A DNA stretch of 63,997 nt, filler included, from Sphacelaria rigidula (GCA_964200075.2; 4 parts of 4 records of this genome joined end to end with filler, not necessarily neighbours in it); one strand, 5' to 3'; shown: positions 1-14,925, numbered from the whole stretch's first letter. Numbers and translations are program-made. Notes: a model not told the origin generated them from the letters alone.

Positions 1-15
1 CCACCCCCCCCCCCC

Positions 16-81
16 TGCTCCGTCCCGAAAGGGATGCGTGGCCAATGGTCCCACCACCAAGGTAAGGAACCAATGAGTACG
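16..81 (-). repeat. G-tract-bounded repeat family, short module A
   Basis: Reverse complement of GTACTCAT...CACGCATCCCTTTCG.GACGGAGCA between two poly-C runs; homologous to 14125, 14383, 43222, 45222 and 48098. Confidence 0.75.
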
Positions 82-201
82 CCCCCCCCCCCCGCCCGCC
101 CTTCTCCTCTCTCCTAAAAACTCTGATTAACTACTGCACAATATCTATCCCACATTACCAACCATGGGAAAAACAAAAACAAAATAGAATAGACACTTCA
201 C

Positions 202-3200
202 CTCCCCGCTGCCGCCGTTGCTCCCTCGCCCACCACTGTAGCTCGAGTCCGTCCCGAGCTCGCTCCGGAAAATTCCAGAGCGGCGTGGGCCACCGCTGCC
301 CTCCGTTGCTCCCGAGAGGTTTCTGCGTTGTGCCACCTTGACTCCATCGCCTTGCCAACCCTTGAGAATATCTGTCACGTGAACCACACCTGCTGAGCCC
401 CCTCCCTGCATTGCCCGGCCCTGTGGAAGGGTAAAACGCGTGCATGTGTGTTTTGTAGTATACTCCATGCGTGTGTGTTTTCAAGACGAGGACAAACACT
501 TGGAGGGTGAGTCATGGTGAAAAGCACGCCCTAACCGCGAATTATTGTGTCTCTCTACATATATACGTATATTTAGATGTATGCATTCATGTATAGGGGC
601 GAACACTCAACACAAGCGGCAAGACCTGACAAAAACAGAGTTTTAAATAGATCTCACGTGACTCGCCGGCGACGACAGGTTCGTGTCACCGCCCAGGCCG
701 CTGATGACGGACTGGTCAGTACCCCAGCGGTCCTTCAAGTAGTCCTCGTCCTCGAAGTCCTCGTCTGAGGTGTCGTCCCCGTTGTCGATGGCCGAGGGGG
801 ATGAAGGGAACGCTCCATTCTGTCGCCTGTACCCGGCACCGCCGTAGGCGCTGTTATCGCTACCCGCGCTGAACAGACTGCTGTCGTCATACGTATCATC
901 CTGGATGGATGCACCACACCGTGCCGTCATGCAATGGATAATCAAAGGGTTAGCCAGGATATCATCAACTTCAACCACACACAACCTCTGCCACCTCCAC
1001 CCCCACATCAGCAGCCCCCACCATATCAACCACTACAACAAATGGACCCCGTTTTAGACGAGACGACGCGAATGCATGGAAGCATGAACGTTACACTACC
1101 TCACATGGCTCACACACACACGTGCTTACCAAACAAACGAACGCTCCTGTTCAATGATTATATGAATAAAATAGCAAACGAACGAACGTCTATCCTGTTC
1201 TCTTTTTGTCAACCGCTGAACATAAACACAGCGAAAATTCCCTGTGACACGCATTTCAAGTCACACCCTTCCAGCACATTGTGCAAAAGAATATCCCAAA
1301 AATTGGAGTTCTCGCTTGCAGCGACCATCGAAAGACGCAGGATAACACACGCATAGTCGGGCTCATTAGACCTCACACTTCCCTGCCGCTCATGCTGCTG
1401 TTTCTACTGCACATCACTTCACCTCATCCCAGTCATCATCGTCATTAGGCAGGTGCTCAACCATGCTGGGGAGATCTTCCATACTCAGGGGGCTTATGCC
1501 CACAAGGTACATGCACAAGTCTGTGAGGGCAGCCACCATTTGATACAGCCGGGTGCGCTCCGGTTGACCCCGCAAGGTCGGATCCACGTCGCCGTCTACT
1601 CCGACACACCCCGCCATGCGTTCCCCGTTTCATTCATTCGGGTCCAGCCAGTTTTATTTGGGGGGGCAAGGAAAGGAGAGAGGTGCTAGTGAAGCACTTG
1701 ATAACAAAAAAGGTTCCCTTATAACGGCCCACGTACATGAGAGGTAGATTACTTGCAACGGAACAAAAAAGGGGGTATTCACACGTGACTGGAAAACAAT
1801 ATAACCAGTGAACCTGCTTGTGTAATTGTAATGGAAGTAGAGATTTGAGTACAGCGTTGAAAGGATTTTCTGTGTTACTACCTGCCGTCAGCAAGTATCA
1901 GGCGTGAAAAAAGAGGGGTGGCAAACAAGACACTGTTTGAGTCTGTGCCGACAAGAGCCGAAACATGTGTGGAAATATATACCTTGCGGAAATATTGTGT
2001 AATGCATAACGGTGGTGTATATCAAATCAGTTTTGCACCATGTCGCAACTGCAAGTGCAGATAGACGGGAAAAGGGATGACTCGGGTACGACTGGCTGTT
2101 CGGGACTGCACCTCTAGGTGTGGTCAAACATGAAAAGGGAGGCAATAGATATGGACGGACGCTCTCAAGCTTCCTTCTCGGTTGCATTAAACCCCGAGAG
2201 CAACTTGAAAAAAAAATAGTCGAACGGAAACAAGCATCAAGAAAGATGCACAGCTTTCATTAGCGCCACCGACTGCCGGGGCGTCGAATGAGCAAAGCGT
2301 AATACTGATCCGTGCATGCGACGGACACGTCGATGATAATGCAGGTTCGTACAGCGTGTATTTCAAAGGCCGACGGAGCCAGATGTCAAGTGCAGCAGTA
2401 AGAGCAACTCGTTACAGTCATCCCTGGCACCAGAGAAGCCTGCCCTGCTCCCCCTCCTCATCTATTCCCCTACCCCGTCTTGACGGAGACCTGTAGTCAG
2501 TGATCCAATGCCTCGGGAGCGCAAAACACCCGCAGCCGCAGACATGATGTTGCGGATCGACTGACAAACCTTGTACGAGTAGGCCATTTTTAGAGTAGCG
2601 ACATGCCTATTTATAGTTTTGAGAAAATCTCACGTGCATATCCGAGCTGTTGACAAATGAATCATACTACGCCTACTGTGCGAATCTTCTGACAGCTCCC
2701 ACCGCCAAGCCAAACCGAGAAGCTGAGGCTTACCTCCTCGCGATGCTCCTCTTCCTCGCTGTTGCCGAGGGCCCAACACCTCCGCCTCCGCCTCCGCTGC
2801 CATCGATTCTCCCCAGCCAGCGAGGCTACTCGTGCCCCACCCAGTCGATGGCGTACCTTCGTCGGTGCCTATCCTCCCGGGAGCAACGTTGTCCTCGCTG
2901 GTGGTAATAGAGTTCGCAGGGGAATCGGCGGTGGCGGCAGCGGCGGTGGTACGCCCGCTCACGCGCTGGCCTGTGCCCTTCGCCCCGGCGTTGACGGCGG
3001 CATCCATCCCAGGATTAGGATATGGGAGAGGAGGACGGAGCGTCGAGGAGGCAAGATCGCTCCACGGTTGACCTTGAGATGCATCTCGCCGAGATCGCTC
3101 GCCGCCATCAGGTCGATCCTGGCTGCGCGATCTCGTCCTGCCGGTCCCTTCTTTGTGATCGGATCTCGAGGACGGTCGGGTGGACGAGACGCGCTCTCCC

Positions 3201-6200
3201 CTCGTGCCGACCTCAACAACGCGCGATCCGCGTCGCCTCCGGTTGAACTCAAACAAGTCGTCGGTCTGGCTCGCCGGGTAATCCCCGTACAGTCTTTGTT
3301 CCCGCACTCGGGCAAATGAAGAAGCATGGCCCGTCGTACCAACTACCGACCCTGGTACTCGGCTGCGGTCTCTGGCATCGACGTCCGAAGGTGTGGAGTC
3401 TCCACTGCCGTCCTTCAGTCGCTTATAGATGCCGCCATCTCGCCCGCCGGAAGGTTCCGTGTAACCCGCGGCGGGCACGGAGAAGAACCCGTGGGCAGCC
3501 GCAGCTGCGGTGGCGGCGTCGGCGGCCCCTCTTTCTATCCTCCCCGGCGACTCTACCGACCGTCCTTGTCGTGCTTTCCTGATGTCACGCACCCGCGTGA
3601 CGTCCACGCCGCCCGTGCCACCACCGCCGCTGACAGCCGAAGTAGCATCCCCTCGAACGCCCGGTCGTTGGTCTGTCACCACCTTGAATCCGCGAGTTTT
3701 GTCCTTTTCCCCACCAACCTGCTGTTGCTGCCGCCCGCCTTGGCCGCCCTGGTAACGCCGACTATCCGTAGCCATCTTGCTCTCAGCACTGGGTCGACTA
3801 CCGTCGGAAGTCTTGCGCTGAGGCAAGTCAAGGCTATCTCGCGAACGGGTAATAACGACTCTCCCGCCCCCTCCCGCGCCTCCTGCTCCCGCATTCTTGT
3901 CGCGACCTTCACTGTTCTCCTCGGCCGGAGGTGCCTTTCCCCGCTCACTCTCCGATAGAGTCTTCTTGCCAGTTTCCACAACGGGGGCCTTCTTACCGAA
4001 TAGGGACTTTCCCGCCACCCAACCCCACTGCGCCTTGCTCTTGCCGGCGCGCGCAGCGTTCTCCCCGCTGCCGGCCGCTGCTGCTCCTCCGCCCCCTCCA
4101 TCCGCATCCGCGCCGAGGTACCTCGCCCTGGCCGCACGCGCCTCCAACGCGGCGCTCGACCCCGCGCCGTCCGATTTGACGTCGCGGCGGACACCACCGC
4201 TCCCTCCACCCAATCTCCCGGGGATAGTATCGTCGTCGGCTACCGTGCTTGGCCTGCGGCCGAACGTCGGGAGCATGAGCTCGACAGGCGCATTGTTAGT
4301 GTTGAAGTGCGAGAAATGGGAGGAGACACGAGAGGTGATCGAAGAGGAGCTGAGGCTGCGAAGCAGAAGGGTGTTCGGGCTGGGTAGTGCTGGGCTCCGT
4401 GCGCCGCCGCGGATTGCGTCCATGCCACCGCGATGTACGCTTCCGCTGCCCACCGTCGTGGACATGTCGCTCCTACCGCGCACAGCACGAGCATATACCT
4501 GTTTAATTTCGGGCGGTAACAGATCGGCATAGAAGGTGACAACGGAGGCATAGCTGTCAGGAACGTATCAACGGTGACAACGGACGAAGCAATGGGCTGA
4601 TACAGCATTGGGCAAGACGGATTTGCCCCCAAGATCTACAGGGTAAATTGTTGCGGCCTCAGGGGAGATTCATGATAGCACCGTAGAGCGGCCGTAACTT
4701 TACTGCAACCACTTGTACACCTAGTAGGAACACAATGCGGGGACGACGCCAACATTCGAATTACGGAGCATTTCAAGTCCATTCCATCGACATGGTGTGT
4801 TGCGTACAAGATGCCCCATACAAATCAGACATGCACACCGGCGACGAAACATGCACAGAATAGCGCCATTCACCGTTGACAGAAAATTATCGAGGTCATC
4901 CCTTTTCACAACAGGGATTGAGTACTTTTTGGTTCTCCTCCGAAGACCTCCTTCCAGTTAGGTTTCTGGTTGGTGCTGTTCCTGCTTCCACTTCTTCTAC
5001 TCTGCTTGCCACATCTCCTTGTTTTTCCCCATTCCCCCCCCCCCTCCCCCCCCTTCGCGCGCATTTCCATTTTGATTACCATGGGTACGTACGCATATCG
5101 TGTGGATAATGACCACGCCTGGGTCTCTCGTGATCAGTTAGTGTGCGACAATCAATCCGATCAATCAATCAACGGAAGGAGTGCAATGAAGCATGCTCAT
5201 GATCCAATCAGTCTCGGGAGGGAAGGGATAGTGAAGTCACAGTTCAGAGTTTGTACTGGAGAATAATATGTGGGTAGAAATGTCAAGTGTAATGGAATTC
5301 CATTTCGATGTTCTCGACTTCTCCATGTGAAATGAAATATGGGTAGCAACTTCTAGTTCGAGATTTCCAACCCTCCTCCCCCTGTCGGGTTGGTGCCACT
5401 CGGGTTGTGTCAGTCACTGCGTACGCTAGGCAACCAGGTCACCTATTTTTTGCGTGCTTGTGTTTTCATTGCGGTAACCGTGATGGTGACCGAGCTAGAT
5501 CACAGTGGGCAGGGTGGGAGAACTTAAACTCCGCGCAAAGGGGATGATAACACTGTGCAGTGTTTAAATGGTGAGACGACCATGAGGCAGTGTGGAACTC
5601 GTGGCTGTCCCTTAGAGTGGCGATACCAAAAAAATGAAGATGAAGCAACTCATTGCTGGCTGTCGTTCGAATGCAAGATAATCAGTACGCTTCGAGCCGA
5701 ACAATCTAAGCGGGATGCAGCTCACCCTTCATGCGTGTGACTGAGCACATCACGGCGCTTCACGCTTGATGGTTGATCGCGAGATCAACGGTCTAATGAC
5801 TACGGCATGCAAGATAATGAGTAAAACCTCCCCCCCCCGCCCCCCTGCCCTCCTCCGCTGCCCCACCAGATAAAATGAACCAAATATAGTGACCGCAGTT
5901 GCACACTTACTCGCAAGTAATTGGTGCAAATAGCCTGCGGCATCCGGGTGACAAGCGTTGGGGCCTGATGCCTCCCCGCACCACCCTGCGCCGACCACGA
6001 GTACTCCACCCCCCACTCTTCGTCATCGTCCTCGTCCTCGTATTCTTCCTCTGAGCTATCATAGTGCACTCCGCGCCACGCCGTCCCCCCATCACCACGG
6101 CCGCCGCCGCGCTTGTTTCCACCATGTACGCCGCCGGAATCCACACTAGATCCGTCCGCGTTGGAGCCTCTGTCACCCGCATCGACAATGTCGCCGAGGT

Positions 6201-9200
6201 GGTGCGCAATGGCACGCAACTCGACCAGCGAAAACGCCTCGCTGTAAAGTAGTCCCAATGGCGGTGAAATCGGCGAGGAGGCGGAGGGAAAGGGACACAG
6301 CCGGGGAACACCACGGACCAAGGAATGTCAGAATAGAAAGAGCAATTTTGATATACTCAGCAGGTCATGAGAAATAATATGCACGAAGGAGAATGACTGA
6401 GCAGACTGTGGAATCTGGAACGCCGTTACGTCAACGTTGGGGTGTCCGTACGAGTAAAACGAACATTCAACATCAACATGATTTCCCGGGCACTTGACAG
6501 CAGTAGCAGCAGCAACAACAACACCGTTGGTTTCAAGAGAGGGGGACCGCGGGATTACGTTCGAGCCTAAGATGATACCGTACGCCACGCGCAGTTGCCA
6601 CGGTGTGTTCCAACACACACACACACATAGCGGTGGGGTAGAGGGTCGGGAGTACAGGGAGCGAATATATCTTCATCTCAAACCGTCGTAATGCTGGTCA
6701 ACTATCGGCATATCCGTTCACACGTTGCTAACTAACGTGATCGCACTCTCACGATAGCCGTTCGTATACGCCGCGCGCTCCGGTGGTTCAATTAGCACGC
6801 CTCACACCGCTTAGATCAGAGGTACCAGGATTAGATTCCCGGCAGATGCAAGTGTTTTGATTGCTATATAAAGTCTTGTTGCTTCTCAAACCCGCGATAC
6901 TGCTATGCAAGGCATGTACGGCGGTGGAGAAATGGCTTCATCCCTCGAGACCACGGACTCGTCCCGAGCAAAGAAGGCGGGGGTTGAAGTGTCACAGGAA
7001 GAAAAAAAAAAGGCAAGTGACTCTCGCTTGTGCGTGATGGGAAAAGACCTGCTCCCTCCCGACCTGTTTTCGTCGACGTTTGCGGTACCCGCTACACCTC
7101 ACATGATACACCAACACCAGGGCACGACCTACATAAGTACGCACCGATAAGCAGGAAAGGCCGTGCAAGCGATGCGCAACATGTCTCCAAACACACCACG
7201 CGATGTCCGGTTGGAGCTGGCCCCGATGTGGTGGGACTGGCTGCCGAGTCGCAAGTGCAGCACCCACAGTGAACTGTCCGGTTTTAGTAGAAGTGAGGCT
7301 ATCTCCAGCATCTTCAGAGTGTGCCTGGCGTGATCGCAGCAAGGAAGCACGGGTCCAAGGGATGCCGCATATTCCGTTTGCAGGACGGATGGTTAGACCG
7401 TCTGTTTCCCCCCGCATATTCGCATTTCGGAACACAGCCGTTGAACGCGAACGTTTCCGTCAAAGCACCGCTTGTGCTATTGCGGAATATTCATATGTTT
7501 CCCCCCGCTTTTCTTTTCTGCCACTCCCATTTGTTCAGTCTACTCCATGTGTTTATCCCCCAGATCGAGTTTCCGTAAAGCGCGTGTTTTCGTTCCGTAT
7601 ACCTCGGGTACGTGTATCTTACGGGTAATGACCACGTGCAACGTCCAAATACATCCCTCGGGGATCACTCCATGTGCGTCAATTGACCGAATCGATTAGT
7701 ACATTGAGCTGTTCTTGACCAAAACCATGGATTATAATAGTTTACTTGTCGCTTCGACGGCAGCAGCACGACTGTACTGTATTTGCCCCGACTCTAGATA
7801 GGTACAACGAGCACCATCACCGACACCAATAGTCCCCGAGACTCGCCTGAACATGACGTAGGTATCCTGTCCGGTGTCCGAAGACGCGGATGGGGAGCCG
7901 AGTCCTTGCGCCGACTTGCGCGAAATTGTGCGGCTTTGGGCTCGCAGGATCTGTTCGAACGACGTTACATCGTACACGACAGAAATATTAAGAGGCAACT
8001 TGTCACACGGTCCAGAGGTAGTTATATCGCAGCAGTCACGAAGACAATCTCATGTCAATATGCAAGCACATATCGTTGCTAATGTCACGGTACAGCACAG
8101 ACTTAACGGTTGTGCTCTTGCATACTTCTCTCATCTCCGACAAACGTATCCAGCATTTTCCGAACAGCCGAGGTCGTTCAAAATCAGACTTCTTCGCCCG
8201 CTTTTTGTCTCTATAAAATATTGTACAGCTGTTGTTCACTCCAGCAGATGTCAAACTTCCTCAAGCTGTGCATCCATTGACACTTGTACATCAATAATTT
8301 GCCACGTACGATCTCCACTTCTCCCCCCATCCCCCAGCGTCCACCTGCCTTCCCTCGCCGCTCACGAATCAACTGCCGGCTGCGGAATCGTGGGCGTGTC
8401 TCACATGAAAGAAGGATTTCAACACGCTAACGCAGCTCTCCCGCTCGTCCAAGCGCCACGTGGTCATGCTGCACTCGAGGAATACCTGACACGTTAAACC
8501 GCAACGTGACGGTTGTGCGAACCAAGCACCGCACACAAGACACAAGCAGTTGCGATGCTAGCTGAGGTGGTCGATCGCGACTGCACGTTGTAGGATACGC
8601 GGGAGCTTCTTTCTGCCACGCAAGCAGTACTTCCCTCACTTCTCCGACGATAAAACGCTCCCTGATTTTTCACTCACTTTTCCAGTGGTCATCACAACAA
8701 CAACACAATCATACTGACGGTGAGATGGGTCCACATCCTGTTATACTTATGAAGACGATCATACCGTTCATCAGACAGCCACAATCATTATTACAATGAT
8801 CCAATAACTGCTTCGGACCGTACCCTGGTGTTACGCGAGGTGAGATGCTTCTTCTCCATGACCTGAAGCTCCCTCACGAGTCGTGCGTTGGCGGCCGTAA
8901 GCTCCGATCTCGATCGGTACGAGCCCGCCCGCTTGCTGACCAAAGACTGCGTCGAGAAAAGTCATCAGTCACGAGACGATTTTGCGACGAATCAGCCGCT
9001 AAATTACTCACGTCACGGACGCAAAATACGGGCAAACAACACGCACACAAGAAGCGGCGCAGACAGGACAAAAAAAAAACTGGCGACAAAAGAGAAAACA
9101 AAACAAAAGAATGAAACCATACAACGCCGTAAAAAACATTTCATACATACGGAATAAAATACACAACATATAACGACGAGAACAAGTGACAGACCCGGTA

Positions 9201-12200
9201 CTTCATGTCTAACAAACACCATATATGTAACTGGGGGCAAGGAAAAATAAGCACTTTGATTATGTCGGACAAAGAATCGCTGAGCGAAACGGAACGCACG
9301 CGAAATCAGAGGTTAATCATCACGCCCACGCAGGTCGCACTAACCCCGCTTTCCCACCTGGAGGAAAACTAATTTGACGCCACACGCGCGTGGTCACTTT
9401 CTCGTCAAACCGCACCTACGCCGCACATCACGACTCACGACATCCTGCGCACAACCCTCGAAAAACAAGACACTCGCATGCCACATCACTCACCTCCAGC
9501 CACTCCATCATCCGCTGCCCATGCATCGCTCGTCCTTGCGCCTTAGAGCTGGACGACGTTGGCCCACTACCTACCGCTGGCGAAGACAGCCCCCCGACGT
9601 TGACATCGCCTCCGCTACCCGCCTTGTAATCCGGAGACGCAACTGACGATCCACCCGCCTCTTCACCGTCTGGCCCAGCGCCAACTCTCAAACAAATGAG
9701 ATGGCACGCTCGTGGGTACCTTCGTATGGTGGACAACGATGGAGGTGAAAAGAGGGTGAGGGGGGATTGCGGACAGACATACAGACATACAGACATACAG
9801 ACACACAAGCGGACAGGTGGGCAAGCAGAGGGTGAGGCAACCGAACCCACACCGCACAGTACGTTATTGCGCAGGTACACACGAAAAAGGGGTACTGCAG
9901 CATCGCCATATGTAAACGTCGTAAGACGTGAATTGCGGGGCAGAAACGAGACAAAAAAAACAAGCAGGGCAGCGGAAAACACGTTGAAAGTCAGCCAAAA
10001 AACATGATACACGGCAGCATCATATTGCGCACATCAGACACGCTACGTCCATGCGCTTGCTTGCCTTGGGCAGCGGTTGAACCCGGTGATGCACAAGAGA
10101 CTTCGCCGTGCAAACCAGAAACTTCTTTGCGCGTGTATTCTCGCAGCTTTAGGTGCTAGTGCGTGGTGACAATCCCACACAGTTCCTACACCTTCCTACA
10201 GCTTCCTACACCGCAACACAAACACCGTAGGCATACATTGCAACACTGTGACTGACGATCAGGCCGTGCGGCACTTGCTCAACAACAGGCGTTTGTGATC
10301 AAAATGAAACAACGCGTAGACGGTACAATGAATACACGATACAACTTCTACCGAATACGCGCAACCGACTCACTTCACTATAGTGACTGCGGGACCGGCC
10401 CTCCCTCCTCTCAGCATTCGACCAACGACCCGGCACTTGTCCGGAATGCCCGTTAGCGCCTCGCCTCCGCTCCTGTCGAACGCGAGTGACGGCGGAAAGG
10501 ACGGACTCTCAGCTTTTCGGTCGTGCTCACGACACAGAGGAAGTGCTGCAACGCTCACTGCGTGTTCGCAAGCTCATCACGTCGCAAGAGCTCGGGAAAT
10601 GACTCAACCAGAAAATACCACAGTCCACGTGCTGTACAGCCGGTGAAAAGGGAACCAAAATGTTCGATTGAAAAAAAGCCTAGGTTGATACTGTACGAGT
10701 TAGTGCAAGCCGGCTCTCGGTAAACCTGTGTCAGAACGTGTTTTTCAACAAACCAAACAGGATCAGAGCCAACCTCCTCGCCACCAACCCTACAACACAC
10801 GACGTCAGAGCACCACTGCGAAGGGGACGGTACGACGGTACGATCATTAACCAGAACCAAGGAAGGCTCGCCAAAGAACCGAACATCAACTGTCAGACTA
10901 AACAGGCGTCAATCATGGCCGCCAGACGGACGACTGAACATCGTGTGGCAAACTCGAGACAAGAGTACAAAAGTACAAAAGATCACGTCAAATCGTCCGA
11001 ACATGATCGTCCGTCAGACTTAGTGCTTGGGCATAACCAACAGTTTCCCCATTTCACATCGCTCCACGGTCTCAATACATGCATCACTCATAATACCTGC
11101 CCCTCCCCTTCCCCTCTCGAGCCTGGCCCGGCGAAAAGTCAGCGTGCTCCGTCCCGACTTTTCAGAGATGCGAGTTCAATGGTTTCATGACTACGGTATG
11201 CAGGATCATGATTACATGAGTACACCCCCCTCCCCTCTCCAGGTGGTGCTGCGTCTCGAAAGAAATTCATGGCCAATGGTCAAATGACCAAGGCGAGTAA
11301 CAAGTGAGCACCCTCCCCCCTCCCCTCCTGGTCCGGCAAAAACTTGGCGTGCTCCCTCCCGGCTTTGTAGGGACGGACCACGTATGAGGTGAGCGTCGGT
11401 TGGCAATGACGCTGTAAAAAACGCCACTCACTTCGTACGCTAGGCAACCAGGTTACCGATTTTTTGCGCGTGCTTGTGTTATTTTTCGCGGTAACCATGA
11501 TGGTGGCCGAGCTAGGTCATACTGTGCGGGGTGAGAAAAGATCAATTCCACGCGAAGAGGGTGACCGTACTACATAACATAGTGTTTAATTGGTGAGACA
11601 CCCATGAGGCAGTGTGGAACCCGTGGCTGTCCCTGGAACTGGCGATACCAGAAAATGAAGATGAAGCAATTCATTGCAGGCTGTCATCCGAATGCAAGAT
11701 AATCCATACGCTTCGGGCCTAACAATTCCAGCAGCATGCAGCTCACCCTTCATGCGACTCGCCGTACACATCACGGCGCTTCGCGCTTGGTGATTGACTA
11801 CGAGCCTGGTGCGGCCAAAACCCAGCGTGGTCCGTCCCGGCTTCGTAGGGATGCGAGGTCAACCGTCTCAAGACTACGGCATGCAATATAATAAGCACAC
11901 CCCCCCTTCCTCGCCCTATCCCACCACAAAACGTAACGCGCTAGACTCACCCAGTTTTTGCATCTTCTGAATCAGGCTGGCTGGTGGCACCCCCCAACAG
12001 CCCCTTCAGCCCCTTGGCTATGTTCGCGCGTTGAATATCCCTTTCCCGGGCATCGTTCGGTGAAGATTCTCCCGTCGCCCCCGCGCCGAACAACTCACGA
12101 TCCCAATCTGTGTCCACCTCGTCCGACTCGCTTCGTCCCGCCAGCGAGCTGAAAGAGCACACGAACAAATACCGTCCCGAACAAGAACGGTGAAAGTGAA

Positions 12201-14925
12201 GCAAAACATTCTTGTGTTCTCAAGCACCGTACAGGAGCCACGAACAGTTCAACGTCCCGGCTCTTTCGGGTTAAGCATATTCAGGGGTACCGACGATAGC
12301 GGTACATCATCATCTGGGCTGAAATAACACGTGGAAACGGATTTCGACGTGAAGTACGGCGAGGTTGAGAGGGGCAAGCTGGTTAGTTCCTGGGATTTCT
12401 GCCTACAGCCTACGTCAGTTGTAACGCCCCCGACTCTCGTGAGCGTGAGAAACAAACTGGTCATGGTCGAATCATCGAGGGTGAAAAAAAAAAAGGTTTA
12501 CGAGAAGGAGTGGTGAAGACAAGCATGCAGGAATGGAAGACGAACAAAATGTGGTCGATAACGGACACTGATAGGATTTCCACGAGCTTTAGGACGCTGG
12601 AGAATTCGATGCGTCCAGTACAGTGATGCACGGTTCAGCAGTCGAGCTGGCCAACCAGCATCAGGATGTATTCTGTAAGCCAGCACTTGCCAAGACGGGA
12701 AAGCACGCAGAGGTCCTGGTAAAATCGCAGCAGAATGTTGGGAGCTACGGTGCACCCAAACAGCCGCTAGGAGCGAAGGATGGATTTATCCTGCCTATCA
12801 TCACTTTCCGTGTGTTCGGTAGTCATCATAAACATGTTCGGGTATCACATAAATGTTGTATCCGCCGATAGGGACACTGACTGTACTGAACTGAAGAGCA
12901 ATGTACTTTACTGCTCAAAGACCATCTGTGCGTGCAGAAAAGAATAAACTCATGTTAAAGGCCGTGAAGTACGATACACATGGGCTGCAAATAAAATAAA
13001 AAATTATGTGTAGTGGTGGTAGAGCCCCGTTGGCTTGAAAAGGGTTGATGCGCGAAAATTGAATCAATCCATCCATCCATCAACACGGTCTTGCCTCTGT
13101 CAACATCTCGATTCCATGGTTCTCACAAAATTAGAAGAAAAAAAAAACACTCGGGCATCATCGTACCTGTACGTCGTTGGAGGCCTGACATCCGAAAATT
13201 TGTCGCTGCCAGCATCCGATGGCTGCGCCGCCTCGCTAAATGGTCCCGCGACGGTACTGACAGGAGACGGTTCCGCTCCTCCGCCCCCGGATCCCCCTCG
13301 CTGGCCTCCAGCTGGACCTCCGCCTCCGCTGGGAGGGTTGAGTCTTTGCGCTAGATCGGTGTACACTACTGGCTCCATGAGACCCATTTCCTGCAAAAAA
13401 CAAGTTCAACCTTCTTAGATTTCGTCTTGGTGGATGCTGACGGTAGTGTAGCAATGAGGTGTTGGAATAATGTTACATGAAGAACTAAAGAAAGAAATAC
13501 ATCCTCGTCGCAAAATGTACAAGAATTCGGAACAATTTCCAAACACCTGTACGGAATTCGGAAACAGTTATTTTTCTTTCATGTTTTTACACAGCAAAAG
13601 TGCTCATGGAGTAATAAATAGTATCGACGCCGTTCCTTTATTTTTCTTCCTTGACGGTAGGAGGAAACCCAACCCAACACTCAACCCGCAAGCGAGTTTC
13701 GCAAGCGAGTTCGTGTCCCGATTACCCGAAGGCTCCTTCACTGTTTCCAAATATAGCAATGACATCAATAATACAGTGGCAATCTCACAGTGTCCCAGTC
13801 GCCCTCGAGATCTGAGCCTTCGAAGTCATCCTCTTCGTCTTCCAAGGGTGCCTCCCCTTCCCCTGCCTCCCCCTCATCCTCGTCCAACCTCAGACCGAAA
13901 GCTGATTGCGACGGCGACACCACCTCCGCTCGAGTAGGTGCGACTGCAGAGTCTGGCAGACCATCTAGGAAAGGGATCTGAGGCGGCCCTTCCGAGTCAT
14001 CCTGGAAAATGTGTGCACGTAATTTATTCGGAAACATGGTCATTTTTTCCCAGGGATATTTCCATCCGATTGCAATGTTTCGGTTTTTGGAAGACAGCAT
14101 AGAAGACATAGGGAGGGGAGCGGCGTATTCATTTGTTTTTGCCTTAGTCAGTTGACCTTTGGCCACACATCCCTTTCGAGACGGAGCACGGTTCCTACTT
14201 CTAATAGGGACACCTCCAATATATAAGGGGCAGGAGGGGGGGAGGGGAGCAGTGAGAATAATTGAATGGTCATGTGGTGCCGTCATAGTTGTGAATCAAG
14301 GATTTGTGACGTACTCACTGGATCCATTTATGAAAAAAAGAGAGCGTCCGGGGCGCCTCGGGGAAGGACAGTGGAGGGGGGCGTACTCATTTGTTGCTTG
14401 CTTTAGTCAGTTGATCATTGACCACGCATCCCTCTCGAGACGAAACACCCTTCCACCTACTAATAGACATTCCCAACACTTGGACGTTCATTACTTTCTT
14501 CCAATACATGACAAAAAAACATCTCAAATGTCGTATTCGCTTGTTGTTTCGCCGTCTGTGGCCATCATCTATTCTCCTAGCATAGCGATCGTTTCGTCGC
14601 TACTATCCAATGTGTGTGTATGGGAGGGGGAGGGGGCTCATTCAAATTGAACAGAGATCTTACACTGGCGGTCCTCGGCATCTTTTGTGTAAGAGTATGA
14701 GGACTAGTATTGACATGTACCAGGAGTCACAGCAGTGGTGGCTCTTACTTACTGCGCTGCAATAATACGCACCTCTTGCTGCTCGCCTGTGCTCGTGTGC
14801 TGTTCGCTCACGGTACTCCGTCGATAAGATGGCATCCGCTTGTGCGAGGAGGAGGACGTCCGGCGATCACTGCTCCGCAAGGATTCCAATTGCGGCGCAG
14901 GGACGCTGCTGTCCGTACTGGGTAT
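202..14925 (-). CDS. Multi-exon gene for a large low-complexity protein of unknown function (partial at both ends)
   Basis: Phase-consistent exon chain: 14925-14773, 14001-13789, 13390-13167, 12148-11951, 10815-10754, 10557-10374, 9686-9494, 8946-8824, 8485-8405, 7950-7847 (GC donor), 7324-7145, 6241-5911, 4498-2734, 1595-1423, 900-658, 371-202. About 4.4 kb coding with no in-frame stop. Ser/Gly/Arg-rich with acidic tracts; a possibly ordered region runs from ELTAANARLVRELQ to FSLVELRAIAHHLGD. Individual small exons are less certain. Confidence 0.75.
5085..5172 (+). mobile_element. 3' tail of a non-LTR element with an (ATCA)n end
   Basis: GACCACG.CTGG.TCTC...GCGACAATCAATC...AATCAATC, also at 38940-39090 (-) and 51590-51808 (+). 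Confidence 0.55.
5415..5850 (-). repeat. G-tract-bounded repeat family, long module B (partial)
   Basis: Aligns by eye to 11425-11900 and to the reverse complement of 44631-45090; ends at GTAAAACCTCCCCCC. Confidence 0.8.
11120..11910 (-). repeat. G-tract-bounded repeat cluster (B-long, A, B-short)
   Basis: Three modules (11900-11327, 11310-11245, 11225-11120) separated by C-rich tracts. Confidence 0.8.
14120..14450 (+). repeat. Two copies of G-tract module A
   Basis: GTA(T/C)TCATTTGTT...TTAGTCAGTTGA...CATCCCT.TCGAGACG at about 14125 and 14383, each preceded by a G-rich tract. Confidence 0.75.

Noticed and set aside
2650-4532. Long plus-strand ORFs over the 1765-nt exon, and similar ones over the histones and 56448-56985
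   Set aside because: Antisense shadows of GC-rich coding sequence.
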